Positions 29,433 to 44,063 of a DNA stretch of 64,000 nucleotides are shown one piece after another. The stretch is from Eledone cirrhosa (lineage: Eukaryota). Both the position numbers and the translations under genes were made by a program. Each line of letters begins with the position of its first letter. Position 1 is the first letter of the stretch. The stretch covers positions 82,274,001 to 82,338,000 of the forward strand of contig OZ024747.1 of NCBI GenBank assembly GCA_964016885.1, read 5' to 3'. The notes beneath the pieces were generated by a model, which searched no databases, had not been told where the DNA came from, and saw only the letters and a list, made by a program, of their open reading frames with translations.

Positions 29433-29479
29433 ATATATAAATATAAATATATATATATAATATATATATAAATATAAAT

Positions 29480-29628
<149 letters not shown>

Positions 29629-30005
29629 AAGGAGTTGTGGCAAGGAACGGACCATAACACACCAGAGTACTCAATACTTAGGGTAGTAGAGTGAGTAAAT
29701 GTATATATACATTTTCATATATATATATATATATATATAAATGGAAAGAATGAAACGAAATTTCATTGCTCACTCTTAGTACAGCTGTTACTTAAATATA
29801 AGTATGCATACGTACATACATATATGTATACAGACGTACAGTAGTATGTATATATATATACATACATGCACACATACATATATGTACGTATGGATTCACC
29901 GAACATTTATTATAATGCTCGGTGTGTTTGTAAACAAACATCCCGAATTAAGCCGTACAGTGTCTAGCAACCATCGTTGCTCATTTGTTCAAAACTGACA
30001 AAGGA

Positions 30006-30048
30006 ACGCTGTACTAGTTTCAAGCTTATTAGCTATCGTCAGCAACGT
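30006..30048 (-). ncRNA. Type I hammerhead (inverted copy)
   Basis: Exact reverse complement of 30473-30515. Confidence 0.85.
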
Positions 30049-30472
30049 ATACCTTCCTGCCAGATGGTTGAACGTCTGAAAGTATATACTTTCCTTATGC
30101 ATATCAACGGCTGAGCAGCCTAATTTGCATATCGAGTGGCTTAATTCGGGATGTTTGTTTACAAACACACCGAGCATTATAATAAATGTTCGGTGAATCC
30201 ATACGTACATATATATATGTGTGCTTGTATGTACATATATATACATACTACTGTACGTCTGTATACATATATGTATGTACGTATGCATACTTATATTTAA
30301 GTAACAGCTGTACTAAGAGTGAGAAATGAAATTTCGTTTCATTCTTTCCATTTATCGTTTTCGGTACCCCGGCCGATTAACTCACTCGATATGCAAATTA
30401 GGCTGCTCAGCCGTTGATATGCATAAGGAAAGTATATACTTTCAGATGTTCAACCATCTGGCAGGAAGGTAT

Positions 30473-30515
30473 ACGTTGCTGACGATAGCTAATAAGCTTG
30501 AAACTAGTACAGCGT
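30473..30515 (+). ncRNA. Type I hammerhead ribozyme, canonical core
   Basis: ACGTTG-CTGACGA-tAGCTaataAGCTt-GAAA-CTAG-TA-CAGCGT; stem I extends past a bulge (AGGA/TCCT); predicted cleavage after A30509. Confidence 0.85.
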
Positions 30516-30718
30516 TCCTTTGTCAGTGTTGAACAAATGAGCAACGATGGTTGCTAGACACTGTACGGCTTAATTTGGGATGTTTGTTTACAAATACACC
30601 GAGCATTATAATAAATGTTCGGTGAATCCATACGTACATATATATGTGTGCATGTATGTATATATATATACATACTACTGTACGTCTGTATACATATATG
30701 TATGTACGTATGCATACT

Positions 30719-30758
<40 letters not shown>

Positions 30759-30780
30759 ATATATTTATATTTATATATAT

Positions 30781-30962
30781 ATAATTGTTTCTACTTTAGG
30801 CACAAGGCCAGCAATTATCCAGTGCATTACTGGTACTTTATTTTATCGACCCCGTAAGGATGAAAGGCAAAGTCGGCGGGATTTGTACTCAGATCGTAAA
30901 GGGACGTAACTATGCTGGAAAGTATGGCGTCCGACCCTCTACCGATACTGCCAATCCACCGC
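30781..30962 (-). mobile_element. SINE A
   Basis: Family match with a small internal deletion. Confidence 0.85.
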
Positions 30963-31476
30963 CCTTATTTATATATATATAATATATATATAATATATAC
31001 ATATATATGTAATGTCTTCAGCTATTGGGAAAATATATATGCTTCCGGAGTACTTTGTACTTCCGGTGCTGAATCACTTTGAAAAAGGGATTTTTGAAAA
31101 ACCTTTTCGATCTAGAGTAGTCAACTCTTGTGTGAAAAATGTTTTTATTGAATATATTCGTTTTCTGTCTGGCGTTGTACATTAGCCCAAGGTGGACTCT
31201 CATAGAACATCCGTTTGAATATCCAGAGCTGCCTTACCGCAGGACGTGTTGCGGCAACCTTTCGGTGGGTACAAGGTGAGGTGCTCCTGGTTCACCTTGT
31301 TGTCGTTTGTTCGTTGTACAAAAAGGTATTTTCTTGAAATAGTATGACGAAATACATTAAGTAAAAAAAAAAAAGCATTATTTGCTTTTATAAATAAACA
31401 TTTAAAAAGCCGTAGCTATGCAAAAACACCGGCGGCTGTCGTCATCTGGCGGTGTCCAGCAGAAGCAAGGGGGACA

Positions 31477-31520
31477 ATCGTCGATGCATTTCGTACTGAA
31501 CTGGTCCTCATCAGGACGAT
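31477..31520 (-). ncRNA. Type I hammerhead ribozyme, canonical core
   Basis: ATCGTC-CTGATGA-GGACCAGTTCAGTAC-GAAA-TGCA-TC-GACGAT: 6-bp stem I, palindromic stem III, AUC triplet. Confidence 0.85.
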
Positions 31521-31660
31521 CCCTCCCGCTCTTGCAACTGCCGAGAATATATGTTTGTCATCCTTTACCGCAATACCTCCTTTATATATTTCTATCCGCG
31601 TTGTACCGGCTTTCTCAAATTCTTATATATATATATATATATATATAAATAACAGATTAA

Positions 31661-31706
31661 AGTTTAAGCAAAGAATAGCTGCTTTCACCCTTAATGGGAT
31701 CTTCTG
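31661..31706 (-). ncRNA. U4A-family hammerhead-like motif, 5' stem I lost
   Basis: CAGAAGA-TCCCATTAAGGGT-GAAA-GCAG...TTGC-TT-AAACT. Confidence 0.45.
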
Positions 31707-32419
31707 ATATATTTGATATATATTTATCCTTATCGAGCCCTCTTTGGATTTTAGTCTTTACATTTATTATTATTACTATATATACATACATATATATACG
31801 CATGTGTTTGGTGTGTGTGACTGCATGAATGTGTGTATATGTGTATATGTGGGGTGGAGGAGGGAGGGGGCTTCTATCTGCCTGTTTAGATACTGTAATA
31901 TATCTGCAAGACATAAATGTTAGTCGATTCGTACGTATTGTATATTGATTTGATTAAAGGGGTTATATTTTACTGGAGTTAAGTTCAGCTGATAATTTAT
32001 AGCTCAAGATCCGCTGATGAAACAGAATATATATTCGTCTTTGTACACTTGAAGAGAAAATGTTATTTGCATTTTACTATTGGCTTAGTCATTTTAATAG
32101 TTTTGCATCTTAACTATCATCATAATCATTTTAATTTCTTATCCTAATAGATTTAAGAGATATATCAAAGACTAATAAATTTGAGGCATCTGCCAAATGA
32201 TATATCATAAAGAGTCTTGCAGAACGATGGAGGTCACTAATTTAGTGTTTCAATTTGTATGTGGGAGAACACAAAGTTCAAAATTTTCAGTTATTGGCAA
32301 CAAAATAGATAAACTGTGTAACGAACGATAAGTAGATGTTATGAAATTTGTTTTCTGAAGAAAATTTTCGAGCCAACGAAAACCTTTTACAAAAGCACAA
32401 AGTGTTATATAAGTTGGTT

Positions 32420-32770
32420 GGGTGCACCATGGTCGGATTATTTTAGATGTTTGCTTCACAATCATAAGGTTCCAAGTTCGATCCCACAGCGTGGCATCTT
32501 GGAAAAGTGTAATTTACTACAACCTCGTGTCAACCAGATTTTGTGAGTTAAATAGATTAACGGAAATTTGGTTAAGAGGACCGTCAGACGCATTGTACGT
32601 GTAATTGAAAACGCCAGTCTTGTTACACACTGATTTACACTGAATCTCCCTGAGAATTACGTTAAGATTACATGTATCTATAAAATGTTCAGCAACTTTC
32701 AAGATAATTTCATGACTAGGCTGTTTAGTTGATCGAACAACTGAGATACTCATGATCGAAAGCGATGGAG
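32420..32770 (+). mobile_element. Old tRNA/CORE-type SINE
   Basis: AGTTCGATCCC B-box and a CTTGGAAAAGTG CORE-like block; the 3' part resembles the reverse complement of about 18500-18620. Confidence 0.5.
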
Positions 32771-33251
32771 GTCCATTTCATTCCAATCCATTCCGTTCTA
32801 TTTTCCATGAATGAATAGCTTTCTTTAACGTGTGGTTTGGTTGCTATTCCTAAACTAAATAGCAACATTTCAATTTTTGAAAATGTTTAAAAAGGTGTAT
32901 TGATTATAAGAAAATGAAAGAAATTTCAGGTATTTTATAATTATTGAAAGAAAACAAAAGGTAGTAGATTAATGGCAAAGAAGGCAGCGGGGGTGCAAGA
33001 TGGTGAAATATGGCAGAAATGTAGTAAACTGAACTATAAGCCTTTGAATATTTAGTTACACAGCTCTTTGTTCTAAGTTCAAATTCAGAAGAGGGTCGAT
33101 AGAAAATAAGAGCAAGATATGCAGAAAGGTCGATTCAATCGACTTAACTATACAATTTGTGGCTTTGTGCCAATGCGAAAATCATTATTTGTACATTTTA
33201 GCTTAAGTTTCTCGTCTGTGCTAAGGCTGTGTTTCCTCTCACGCATGTAGG

Positions 33252-33349
<98 letters not shown>

Positions 33350-33783
33350 AGTGTGTCTATGTGTTTGTGTTTGTGTGCGTGTATGTGTGTTTGTGTGTGT
33401 GTGTGTATATATGTATATATATGTGAATACATGTATATATGTATATATAAGTGTGTGTATATATATGTGTATATGTGTATATATGTATATATGTATATAT
33501 ATGTGTGTGTATATATATGTAAATTGCGTAATAGATGTATACCAAAGGAATGATGGTAAACTTTAAGGAAACAGGCAAAGAAAAAACAGAGAAGCAAAAA
33601 GTGTGTGTTTGTATTTGACACAGAGACGTACGAAGCAGAAAGCTGCTACAATGCCTCGCCGTATATATATATATATATATAAATATATATACTATATATA
33701 CTATATGAGAGGGAATTAAACTATTCACGTTCACATACATTACATTTGTGTATATTCAATATGTGAGTTAATGTAGGAGTATA

Positions 33784-33997
<214 letters not shown>

Positions 33998-34551
33998 TTA
34001 AAATACGTGCAGCCCAACACACACGACCATAATGATAGTCGATTAATGTTAATAATTGTTTAGAAAATCAGATAAAATACTGAGTAATCAATTCCTTCAC
34101 CACCGGGATACTTGTTTCGTGCGTTAACCACTACGCTAAATATCTGATGACCACCAAATTATATATATATTCAAAACAAGGAGCGCACAGGACAACGAAC
34201 ACGGAAACTTGAACGGAAAAATGGAAGTCTCTATGCACCAATCTCCGGAAATCACTTTAGTTTCTGTGCGCTCAGTGCATTGCAGTGCATATTGGGACAC
34301 AACAGATTAATGTAGAGACAGGACGAGTTCTGCCTTTCGGCGAAATACACACACGATGTAGAAATAAGTAAAAATGCCAGAGACCAAGGTGCATTAATTG
34401 AAAGTGAAGAGAGAATCGCTCTTCAGCGTTACTGGTAACATGCAACCCAGGGCACACATATATATATATATATTAATAAGAGGAATTCCAACTTTGTCTG
34501 ATTTACTCGTTTTATTTACAATCCTTTAAAATTTATAATGGTATTAGAATG

Positions 34552-34599
<48 letters not shown>

Positions 34600-34772
34600 G
34601 AGAGAGAGAGAGAGAGAAAGAGAGATAAACCTATATATACATACATGTATGTATTTGGATATATGTATATATATATTTTATATATTAATATATATATATA
34701 TATATGCATACATATATGTATTTGTATATATGTATACATATTATATAAACACACACTCCCCCCTCCACACAC

Positions 34773-34803
<31 letters not shown>

Positions 34804-34827
34804 TAATTTATTAAAATAACAGATTAA

Positions 34828-34878
34828 AGTTTAAGCAAAGAATCGCTGCTTTCACCCTTAACGGGATCTTCTGAAACT
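34828..34878 (-). ncRNA. U4A-family hammerhead-like motif in a fold-back element (34806-35060)
   Basis: AGTTT-CAGAAGA-tCCCgttaaGGGt-GAAA-GCAG-cgattct-TTGC-TT-AAACT; an inverted partial copy follows at about 34901-34965. Confidence 0.6.
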
Positions 34879-35076
34879 AACAAAGTCAATCTGTAAACGC
34901 AAGACCCCGTTAAGGGTGAAAGCAGCGATTCTTTGCTTAAACTTTAATCTGTTATTTTAATAAATATTTGCTCTACGGTTCTTATATTTTTGATATATAT
35001 TTATCCTTATCGAGCCCTCTTTGTATTTTAGTCTTCAAATTTATTATTATTACTATTATATATATTATATATATAT

Positions 35077-35186
<110 letters not shown>

Positions 35187-35922
35187 CGTGAATATACATA
35201 CGCCATTTTATCACTTCTTTCATTCTATTCAGTTTAAAAGTTTGAGGAGAGATTTAACTTTTAACTTTTAATCTGCTTCAAATTTATGTTTCTTTCTGTT
35301 GATACAGATATTGCTTGAAACTATTCTTTTAGCTTAACATGTCTTGAGTGTCATGAATATCGATGACAGACAGATTGACTTTTATTTCTGTCCGGATTTC
35401 TGCTTCAGATGTTATTACTTAACTTATGTGAGTTATTTTGAAATTCATGAGGCTGGCTTAAATGTCTAACTCAGTCGAGATCGTTCAAAGTTAAAGTTTG
35501 CGATTAGGCTTTGCATGGTGGAACGTCTTAGATGCTATCTGCACCTTTGAGGAAACGAGAGATTTTTCTGACGAGCAGTGCAAGACGTACGGCTGTTATG
35601 TTGGCAAATGGAAATTATGTTTTAGACATCAGAACGGTAAATCTAGTCTGAATTCCTCACTATATTGTGCGCCACTGCGATATAGGATTTATTTAATGCG
35701 GCTATCTCTCCATTCGTTAGATTTGAGCGTGCTAAATTAATATTAGTTTCGATCATCTACACAGACATATGTATACATATGTATGTGTGTGTTTATATAT
35801 GTATGTATGTATGTGTATATATATATGTGTATTTGTATAATATATATATATATAACGGCATTCTTGTCTTAACGACATCACAACTTTCTCCGCTTGGCCT
35901 GTTCCCCCCCCTTTTGGAACTT

Positions 35923-35958
35923 TCCCCCGTTGATGGGCGTGAGCCCGAAATATTGGGA
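35923..35958 (+). ncRNA. Minimal hammerhead-like motif with altered core
   Basis: TCCC-CCGTTGA-tGGGCgtgaGCCC-GAAA-TA-TT-GGGA; stems intact, core differs at U4C and A6U. Confidence 0.5.
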
Positions 35959-36105
35959 TTAAATCTCTACTACGGTAACCCTTCTACATTTGTTTTGTTT
36001 TCATCTTTGTCTCTCTCAATTTTCACTTTCACCTGTTTTTCCTATCTATCTTTCACTTCCTACCTCGAGATTTCCCTCTGCATTGTTGTGGCTTTCTTAA
36101 ATACG

Positions 36106-36169
<64 letters not shown>

Positions 36170-36316
36170 ATATAAATCTGTATATATAGAGTGATATATA
36201 TATGTATAAAATATGTATATATAGAGTGATATATATATATGTATATATAGAGTGATTATATATATGTATATATATGTAATATATGATATGTATATATAGA
36301 GTGAAATATATATATG

Positions 36317-36373
<57 letters not shown>

Positions 36374-36971
36374 ATGTATATGTATACATATATGTATGTA
36401 CATGTATATATATATGTATATATATATATATGTATATATAGAGTGAAATATATATATATATACACATATATATACATGTATATATATATGTATAATTCTA
36501 AATATTAACAAATGAAGATATTCACATAATCAAAATATATGCTTTATTATATATATTTTGAAGGTGAAAGTACTGTGTTGTTTTTCCTACAGGAAATATC
36601 AAGACCGTAGAGGTATGTCATATATCAAATCATATATTTTATCTGACGAGGACGTACTGAAAAAACAACACAGTATATTCTAAATATAAAGAATAAAGCA
36701 TATATTTTGATTATGTGAATATCTTCATTTGTTAATATTTTGAAAAATAGTAAAACTCCAGGAATATTTCATTGTTGAGTGCTTTTAATCTATTGTAAAA
36801 CCGTATTCATTGAGTAATCAATGAACCATATTAATCTTTGGTTATATATATGTATATACGAATATATATATGTATATATATGTATATATGAATATATATA
36901 TGTATATATATGTATATATGAATATATATATATGTATATATCTGTATATATATGTATATATATATATATAC

Positions 36972-37070
<99 letters not shown>

Positions 37071-37101
37071 CACATGTGTGTGTGTATGTATATATAGAGT
37101 G

Positions 37102-37206
<105 letters not shown>

Positions 37207-37550
37207 TGTATATACATGTATGTATATATAGCGAGAGTGAAATATATTATATATATATATATATATTTCTATATTAAATTTATTAATTAATTTCATGTCT
37301 CAGCTGCCATGTGAAGTATGAATAGTGTCTTATCAACGTTAGTTAATTTGATTGGTTATTGCCATAGATTGTTAGAATTTGATTTCTTACTAATTGAAAG
37401 TTTATCGTTAGTTTTGTGGCACGTGTATCGAAATAGATTTATTGAATAATGATAGATCGGTTTCAGTAGTTATTTGTTCGGTGCGGTGTTGTATAGTTTA
37501 ACAATAATACACAGAATATACACCAACATAATACAGATACACACACGTAT

Positions 37551-37735
37551 TGGATTGGCAGTATCGATAGAGGGTCGGACGCCATGCTTTGACGCATAGA
37601 GTTACTGCCCTTTCCAATCTGAGTTCAAATCGCGCCGAGGTTAACTTTGCCTTTCATCCTTACGGGGTCGATAAAATAAAGTACCAGTAATACACTGGGT
37701 AATTGCTGGCCTTGTGCCAAATGTAGAAACAATTA
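37551..37735 (+). mobile_element. SINE A (left boundary of the duplication)
   Basis: Full-length match. Confidence 0.85.
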
Positions 37736-38184
37736 TATATGTGTACGTGTTTTATAAACATATATATATATATATATATATATACAGGGTGTTCCCAAAA
37801 ATGTATACATACTTTAATTACCTGTACAAGCAATATTAGAATTCACAACATTTGTTTATACATTTTTGGGGACAAGGTCTTCGAGACTAGTAATAGTAGT
37901 AACATAATCACTACCATACTGGTCGATACATCGATCTCCACCTATCAATCGACCCTCTGAAACAATCCTAACACGATGTACAAACTCTCTACCTACACAT
38001 GGCGTCTGTTTTCATTGTTATATATATGTGTGTTTGAACAATGAAAACAGACGCCAGGTGTAGGTAGAGAGTTTGTACATCGTTTTAGGATCATTTCAGA
38101 GGGTCGATTGATATATAGGTGTCTAAACGGCCGGAGCTCAGCCGTCGGGGTCTTGACTCTTTTCCCATATATATATTCACTCTT

Positions 38185-38236
<52 letters not shown>

Positions 38237-38390
38237 AAGAGTGAAGAATAACGTGGTCAGCTGTACAAAAAGGTTTTTATTTGCAGTATTAACAATTGTT
38301 TCATTGACCAGGTGAGTCTAAAGGCCGTTGATCACCCGACGTTGGGTCACTTGACCTTAAATACAGTGTGCGTCTCTGATCAAATCATCG

Positions 38391-38458
<68 letters not shown>

Positions 38459-38811
38459 GTTTCTACCAATTATTCACGTGTATTACTGGTACTTTATTTT
38501 ATCGACCCCGTAAGGTTGAAAGGCAAAGTTAACCTCGGCGGGATTTGAACTCAGACCATAAAAGAGCATAACTCTATACTGGAAAGCATGGCGTCCGACC
38601 CTCTACCGATACTGCCAATCCACTATCAGGCAGATAAGTACCTTTACATATAAAGTAACAAGGACTCAACATAAAGAATATGAGTTAATCTCTGTGGAGA
38701 GGAATGTATGCGATGGGTTGTCAAGCTATATCTGATGATACCTACTCAGCCAACTTCTTTATAGTAATAAAGTCTGACAGGGCACTATAATTGTAAAACA
38801 CACACACACAG

Positions 38812-38889
<78 letters not shown>

Positions 38890-38981
38890 ATATATATATG
38901 TATGTATATATATATATATATATATATATAAATACATACATATATACATATATATACATATATATATTCATATATATATAT

Positions 38982-39040
<59 letters not shown>

Positions 39041-39075
39041 TATATACATATATATATACATACATATACAAATAT

Positions 39076-39121
<46 letters not shown>

Positions 39122-39127
39122 CTATAC

Positions 39128-39201
<74 letters not shown>

Positions 39202-40084
39202 ATATATATGCATATATATATATATATACAAGTTGACGTTACTTTATTTCGCTGTCTACCTTACCATACGCCAGACTAAATTATGAATTTTTTATAACGT
39301 TGATGTTAGAAATAACTGTTCTCTTGGACCGTTCTTAGACATCACGTAATTAGGTTAAGCTCAGTTAAGAATTTTGTTATTTTCAGACAAGTCTACTATT
39401 AGTTACCCAGTCAACATCTTATTAATTAGTTCTATAGTGTCTCATCATAACAAAATGTCTTTGAAGAAAGTATCGCATTTTCTAAGTTTGTCTCCTGATC
39501 ATATAGGCTTCATTAATTGAGAGTTCAAATCCCGCCGAGGTTGACTTTGCCTTTCATCCTTACGGGGTCGATAAAATAAAGTACCAGTAATGCACTGGGT
39601 AATTGCTGGCCTTGTGCCAAATGTAGAAACAATTATATATGTGTACGTGTTTTATAAACATATATATATATATATATATATATACAGGGTGTTCCCAAAA
39701 ATGTATACATACTTTAATTACCTGTACAAGCAATATTAGAATTCACAACATTTGTTTATACATTTTTGGGGACAAGGTCTTCGAGACTAGTAATAGTAGT
39801 AACATAATCACTACCATACTGGTCGATACATCGATCTCCACCTATCAATCGACCCTCTGAAACAATCCTAACACGATGTACAAACTCTCTACCTACACAT
39901 GGCGTCTGTTTTCATTGTTATATATATGTGTGTTTGAACAATGAAAACAGACGCCAGGTGTAGGTAGAGAGTTTGTACATCGTTTTAGGATCATTTCAGA
40001 GGGTCGATTGATATATAGGTGTCTAAACGGCCGGAGCTCAGCCGTCGGGGTCTTGACTCTTTTCCCATATATATATTCACTCTT

Positions 40085-40144
<60 letters not shown>

Positions 40145-40298
40145 AAGAGTGAAGAATAACGTGGTCAGCTGTACAAAAAGGTTTTTATTTGCAGTATTAA
40201 CAATTGTTTCATTGACCAGGTGAGTCTAAAGGCCGTTGATCACCCGACGTTGGGTCACTTGACCTTAAATACAGTGTGCGTCTCTGATCAAATCATCG

Positions 40299-40342
<44 letters not shown>

Positions 40343-40695
40343 GTTTCTACCAATTATTCACGTGTATTACTGGTACTTTATTTTATCGACCCCGTAAGGT
40401 TGAAAGGCAAAGTTAACCTCGGCGGGATTTGAACTCAGACCATAAAAGGGCATAACTCTATACTGGAAAGCATGGCGTCCGACCCTCTACCGATACTGCC
40501 AATCCACTATCAGGCAGATAAGTACCTTTACATATAAAGTAACAAGGACTCAACATAAAGAATATGAGTTAATCTCTGTGGAGAGGAATGTATGCGATGG
40601 GTTGTCAAGCTATATCTGATGATACCTACTCAGCCAACTTCTTTATAGTAATAAAGTCTGACAGGGCACTATAATTGTAAAACACACACACACAG

Positions 40696-40761
<66 letters not shown>

Positions 40762-40853
40762 ATATATATATGTATGTATATATATATATATATATATATA
40801 TAAATACATACATATATACATATATATACATATATATATTCATATATATATAT

Positions 40854-40910
<57 letters not shown>

Positions 40911-40945
40911 TATATACATATATATATACATACATATACAAATAT

Positions 40946-41007
<62 letters not shown>

Positions 41008-41440
41008 ATATATATGCATATATATATATATATACAAGTTGACGTTACTTTATTTCGCTGTCTACCTTACCATACGCCAGACTAAATTATGAATTTTTTA
41101 TAACGTTGATGTTAGAAATAACTGTTCTCTTGGACCGTTCTTAGACATCACGTAATTAGGTTAAGCTCAGTAAAGAATTTTGTTATTTTCAGACAAGTCT
41201 ACTATTAGTTACCCAGTCAACATCTTATTAATTAGTTCTATAGTGTCTCATCATAACAAAATGTCTTTGAAGAAAGTATCGCATTTTCTAAGTTTGTCTC
41301 CTGATCATATAGGCTTCATTAATTGAGAGTTCAAATCCCGCCGAGGTTGACTTTGCCTTTCATCCTTACGGGGTCGATAAAATAAAGTACCAGTAATGCA
41401 CTGGGTAATTGCTGGCCTTGTGCCTAAAGTAGAAACAATT
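37621..41440. repeat. Tandem duplication: unit 1 37621-39520 (1900 bp), unit 2 39521-41326 (1806 bp), closed by a SINE half at 41327
   Basis: Unique segments are essentially identical and differ mainly in (TA)n length; each unit also contains a minus-strand SINE A (38455-38622, 40338-40507). Confidence 0.92.
37785..37874. mobile_element. Tiny Tc1/mariner-like MITE (duplicate at 39685-39774)
   Basis: TA-CAGGGTGTTCCCAAAAATGTATA with inverted TATACATTTTTGGGGACA; right TIR truncated. Confidence 0.55.
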
Positions 41441-41459
41441 AATTGAAGTTACATTTTGA

Positions 41460-41625
41460 GGTTTTGCTGGCATATTCAGTAGCATAGGAGTTATGACCCT
41501 TTATGTTCTGAGTTCAAATCCTGCCGAGGTTAACTTTGCCTTTCATCCTTACGGGGTCGATAAAATAAAGTACCAGTAATGCACTGGAGTAATTGCTGGA
41601 TTGTGCCAAAAGTAGAACAAATTAC
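41460..41625 (+). mobile_element. SINE A
   Basis: Family match. Confidence 0.8.
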
Positions 41626-41689
41626 GATTGGTTCTATTCGTGTGAAACGTCTAACTAGAAAGGAGTACGGAAGAAGAGAAGAAAACGGT

Positions 41690-41905
41690 CGACAAGATCC
41701 CAGACCTCATTCGTTTATCGGACCAAGGAAACAATGTTTCCACCAGTCTTTCCATTTCTGATAATATCTACCAGTCGGAACTGCTGGCAGAAAGATCAAC
41801 GTGAAATAAAGTGTCTTGCTCAAGGACATAACACATAACATGGTCGGGTGGTTTAATTCGCAACCTCAGGATTGCAAATCAAGTTCTCTAAACACTAGGC
41901 CGCAC
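41690..41905 (-). mobile_element. Diverged SINE B
   Basis: AACGTGAAATAAAGTGTCTTGCTCAAGGA and CGGACCAAGGAAACAATGTTT are reverse complements of family B. Confidence 0.7.
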
Positions 41906-42179
41906 AAGGAGTACAAAAGGGTTATTTTTTTGAATGAATATACTGTAAAACCAAGATGAAATTGAGAAAATTGTTCATCATTGTCATTAAATAGAGAAAC
42001 ATTTATATATTTATATACATATATACATATATATATATATTTATTTGGTTATATTTAGGTACGTATTCAGCCGCAAGACTGAAATGAAAACAACACTACA
42101 GATATTTAAAGACAGAAAATGATGGGAAGGGCAATGGCTCTAGGGTCACAAAAGTATGAGAGAGGGAAGAGAGAGGGTG

Positions 42180-42505
42180 ATGGGCTCTAGGCTTAGGTTG
42201 CGGCGGAGTCGGGGTGTCGCCCTGCGGAAAGATCGCAAAAGAATTTCCGCGGACAATGGCCAGCGACAGCCGCTGCAACAGCCAACCCACCTCGTGGGGC
42301 TTCTTCCTGAGACGGGCTGCTGACGTTCCTGTCTTGCGGAGGAACTCGGCAGTTCAGGGTCCAAGTACTCCTGAGGTCTCGACAAAGTGGCCGAACAATC
42401 CCCGATATTTGTTGGTCTTCCTTTCCTCTGCATTGCGGGCCGCAGTACCGGGGTTTGTGACTGAAGTGACTAAGCTGGAGGCGGAGAAACGTGTCGCAAC
42501 ATGTG
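42180..42505 (-). mobile_element. Second CRE-clade RLE 3' fragment
   Basis: ETSGVLGP...GWLLQRLSLAIVRGNSFAI, homologous to 22454-22775; contains stops/frameshifts. Confidence 0.7.
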
Positions 42506-42971
42506 GCGTTAAATATCAGTTCGATCTTAGTGGCTGTCAAACTATGGGTGAAGTAAGTGAGATGTAGAGATAACAATGTTTAATTAAAAATCAAATAATA
42601 TAAAAGACGTATACGAAACAAAACACTGTAGTATCGATAAGACAGCAAAGCTAGCTATACCTATGTTGTTATGATTACTTTATTCAATTCATATTAGGGT
42701 GAAAAAAACTATTTGTTTCTTTGACTGTGTTCCAAAATAACTTTACCCTCCCAGAAAAGAAGAAGAAAATAAACACTAGGAATCTTAAAATTTCTAATGC
42801 ATTAGAGATAGCATAAAATACAGACAACACTTAGAGAACGTCGGATCAGCAATTTTATAATATATATATATATGTGTGTGTGTGTCTGTGTGTATGTGTA
42901 TACATACACAGATATATATATATATATATATATATAAATATATACATGCACAGCCATTTATACATACATAC

Positions 42972-43002
<31 letters not shown>

Positions 43003-43021
43003 CATACACAGACATACATAC

Positions 43022-43052
<31 letters not shown>

Positions 43053-43106
43053 CACACACAGACATACATACATACATACATACACACACACATATATATA
43101 AATATA

Positions 43107-43167
<61 letters not shown>

Positions 43168-43662
43168 AACTGGCAACGTTTTTGTCATTTTTGCACTTCA
43201 AAGACCTAGACAAGTCAATAGTGTTGAAAACGTTACAAAGAAAATAAAACCTAAACAGCCAACATGAAAATAATCGCAAGCAAGTTAAAGATAAAATGTA
43301 TCGCTCACTGAATTTAAGAACAAACAAGCTGAAAGGTAATACATCTACACAAACAGACACACACTCACACAGATAATTATATAAACACATATCATATACA
43401 TACATACATACATACATACATACATACATACAAAGCATATATAATATCACAAAAACTAAGAGTGTTGTATATTTAGTGTAAGAGTTACAAAAGAAATATT
43501 ACAAAAGATCAAACAGAAATACATAAATAAAAGTATTTTTAAATGTCATTTAATTTTGAAGCAGAATATATAGAAATGATTCTAGTTGAACTATCTCGTT
43601 TACAGAAAGATGGAGAATTTCGGCAACACGTATATAAAAAAAAACACTCGGAGTTCCAACCG

Positions 43663-43850
<188 letters not shown>

Positions 43851-43888
43851 CTTTGTGTGTTCGTGTATATGTGTGTGACCATGTATAT

Positions 43889-44063
<175 letters not shown>

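Larger units (their letters stand above)
29739..30720. mobile_element. Retrozyme/pLTR-like element: 429-nt tandem unit (+) preceded by an inverted copy
   Basis: GGCTTAATTxGGGATGTTTGTTTAC recurs at 30138 and 30567; 29739-30137 is the reverse complement of the unit; one hammerhead per unit; (TA)n on both sides. Confidence 0.75.
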
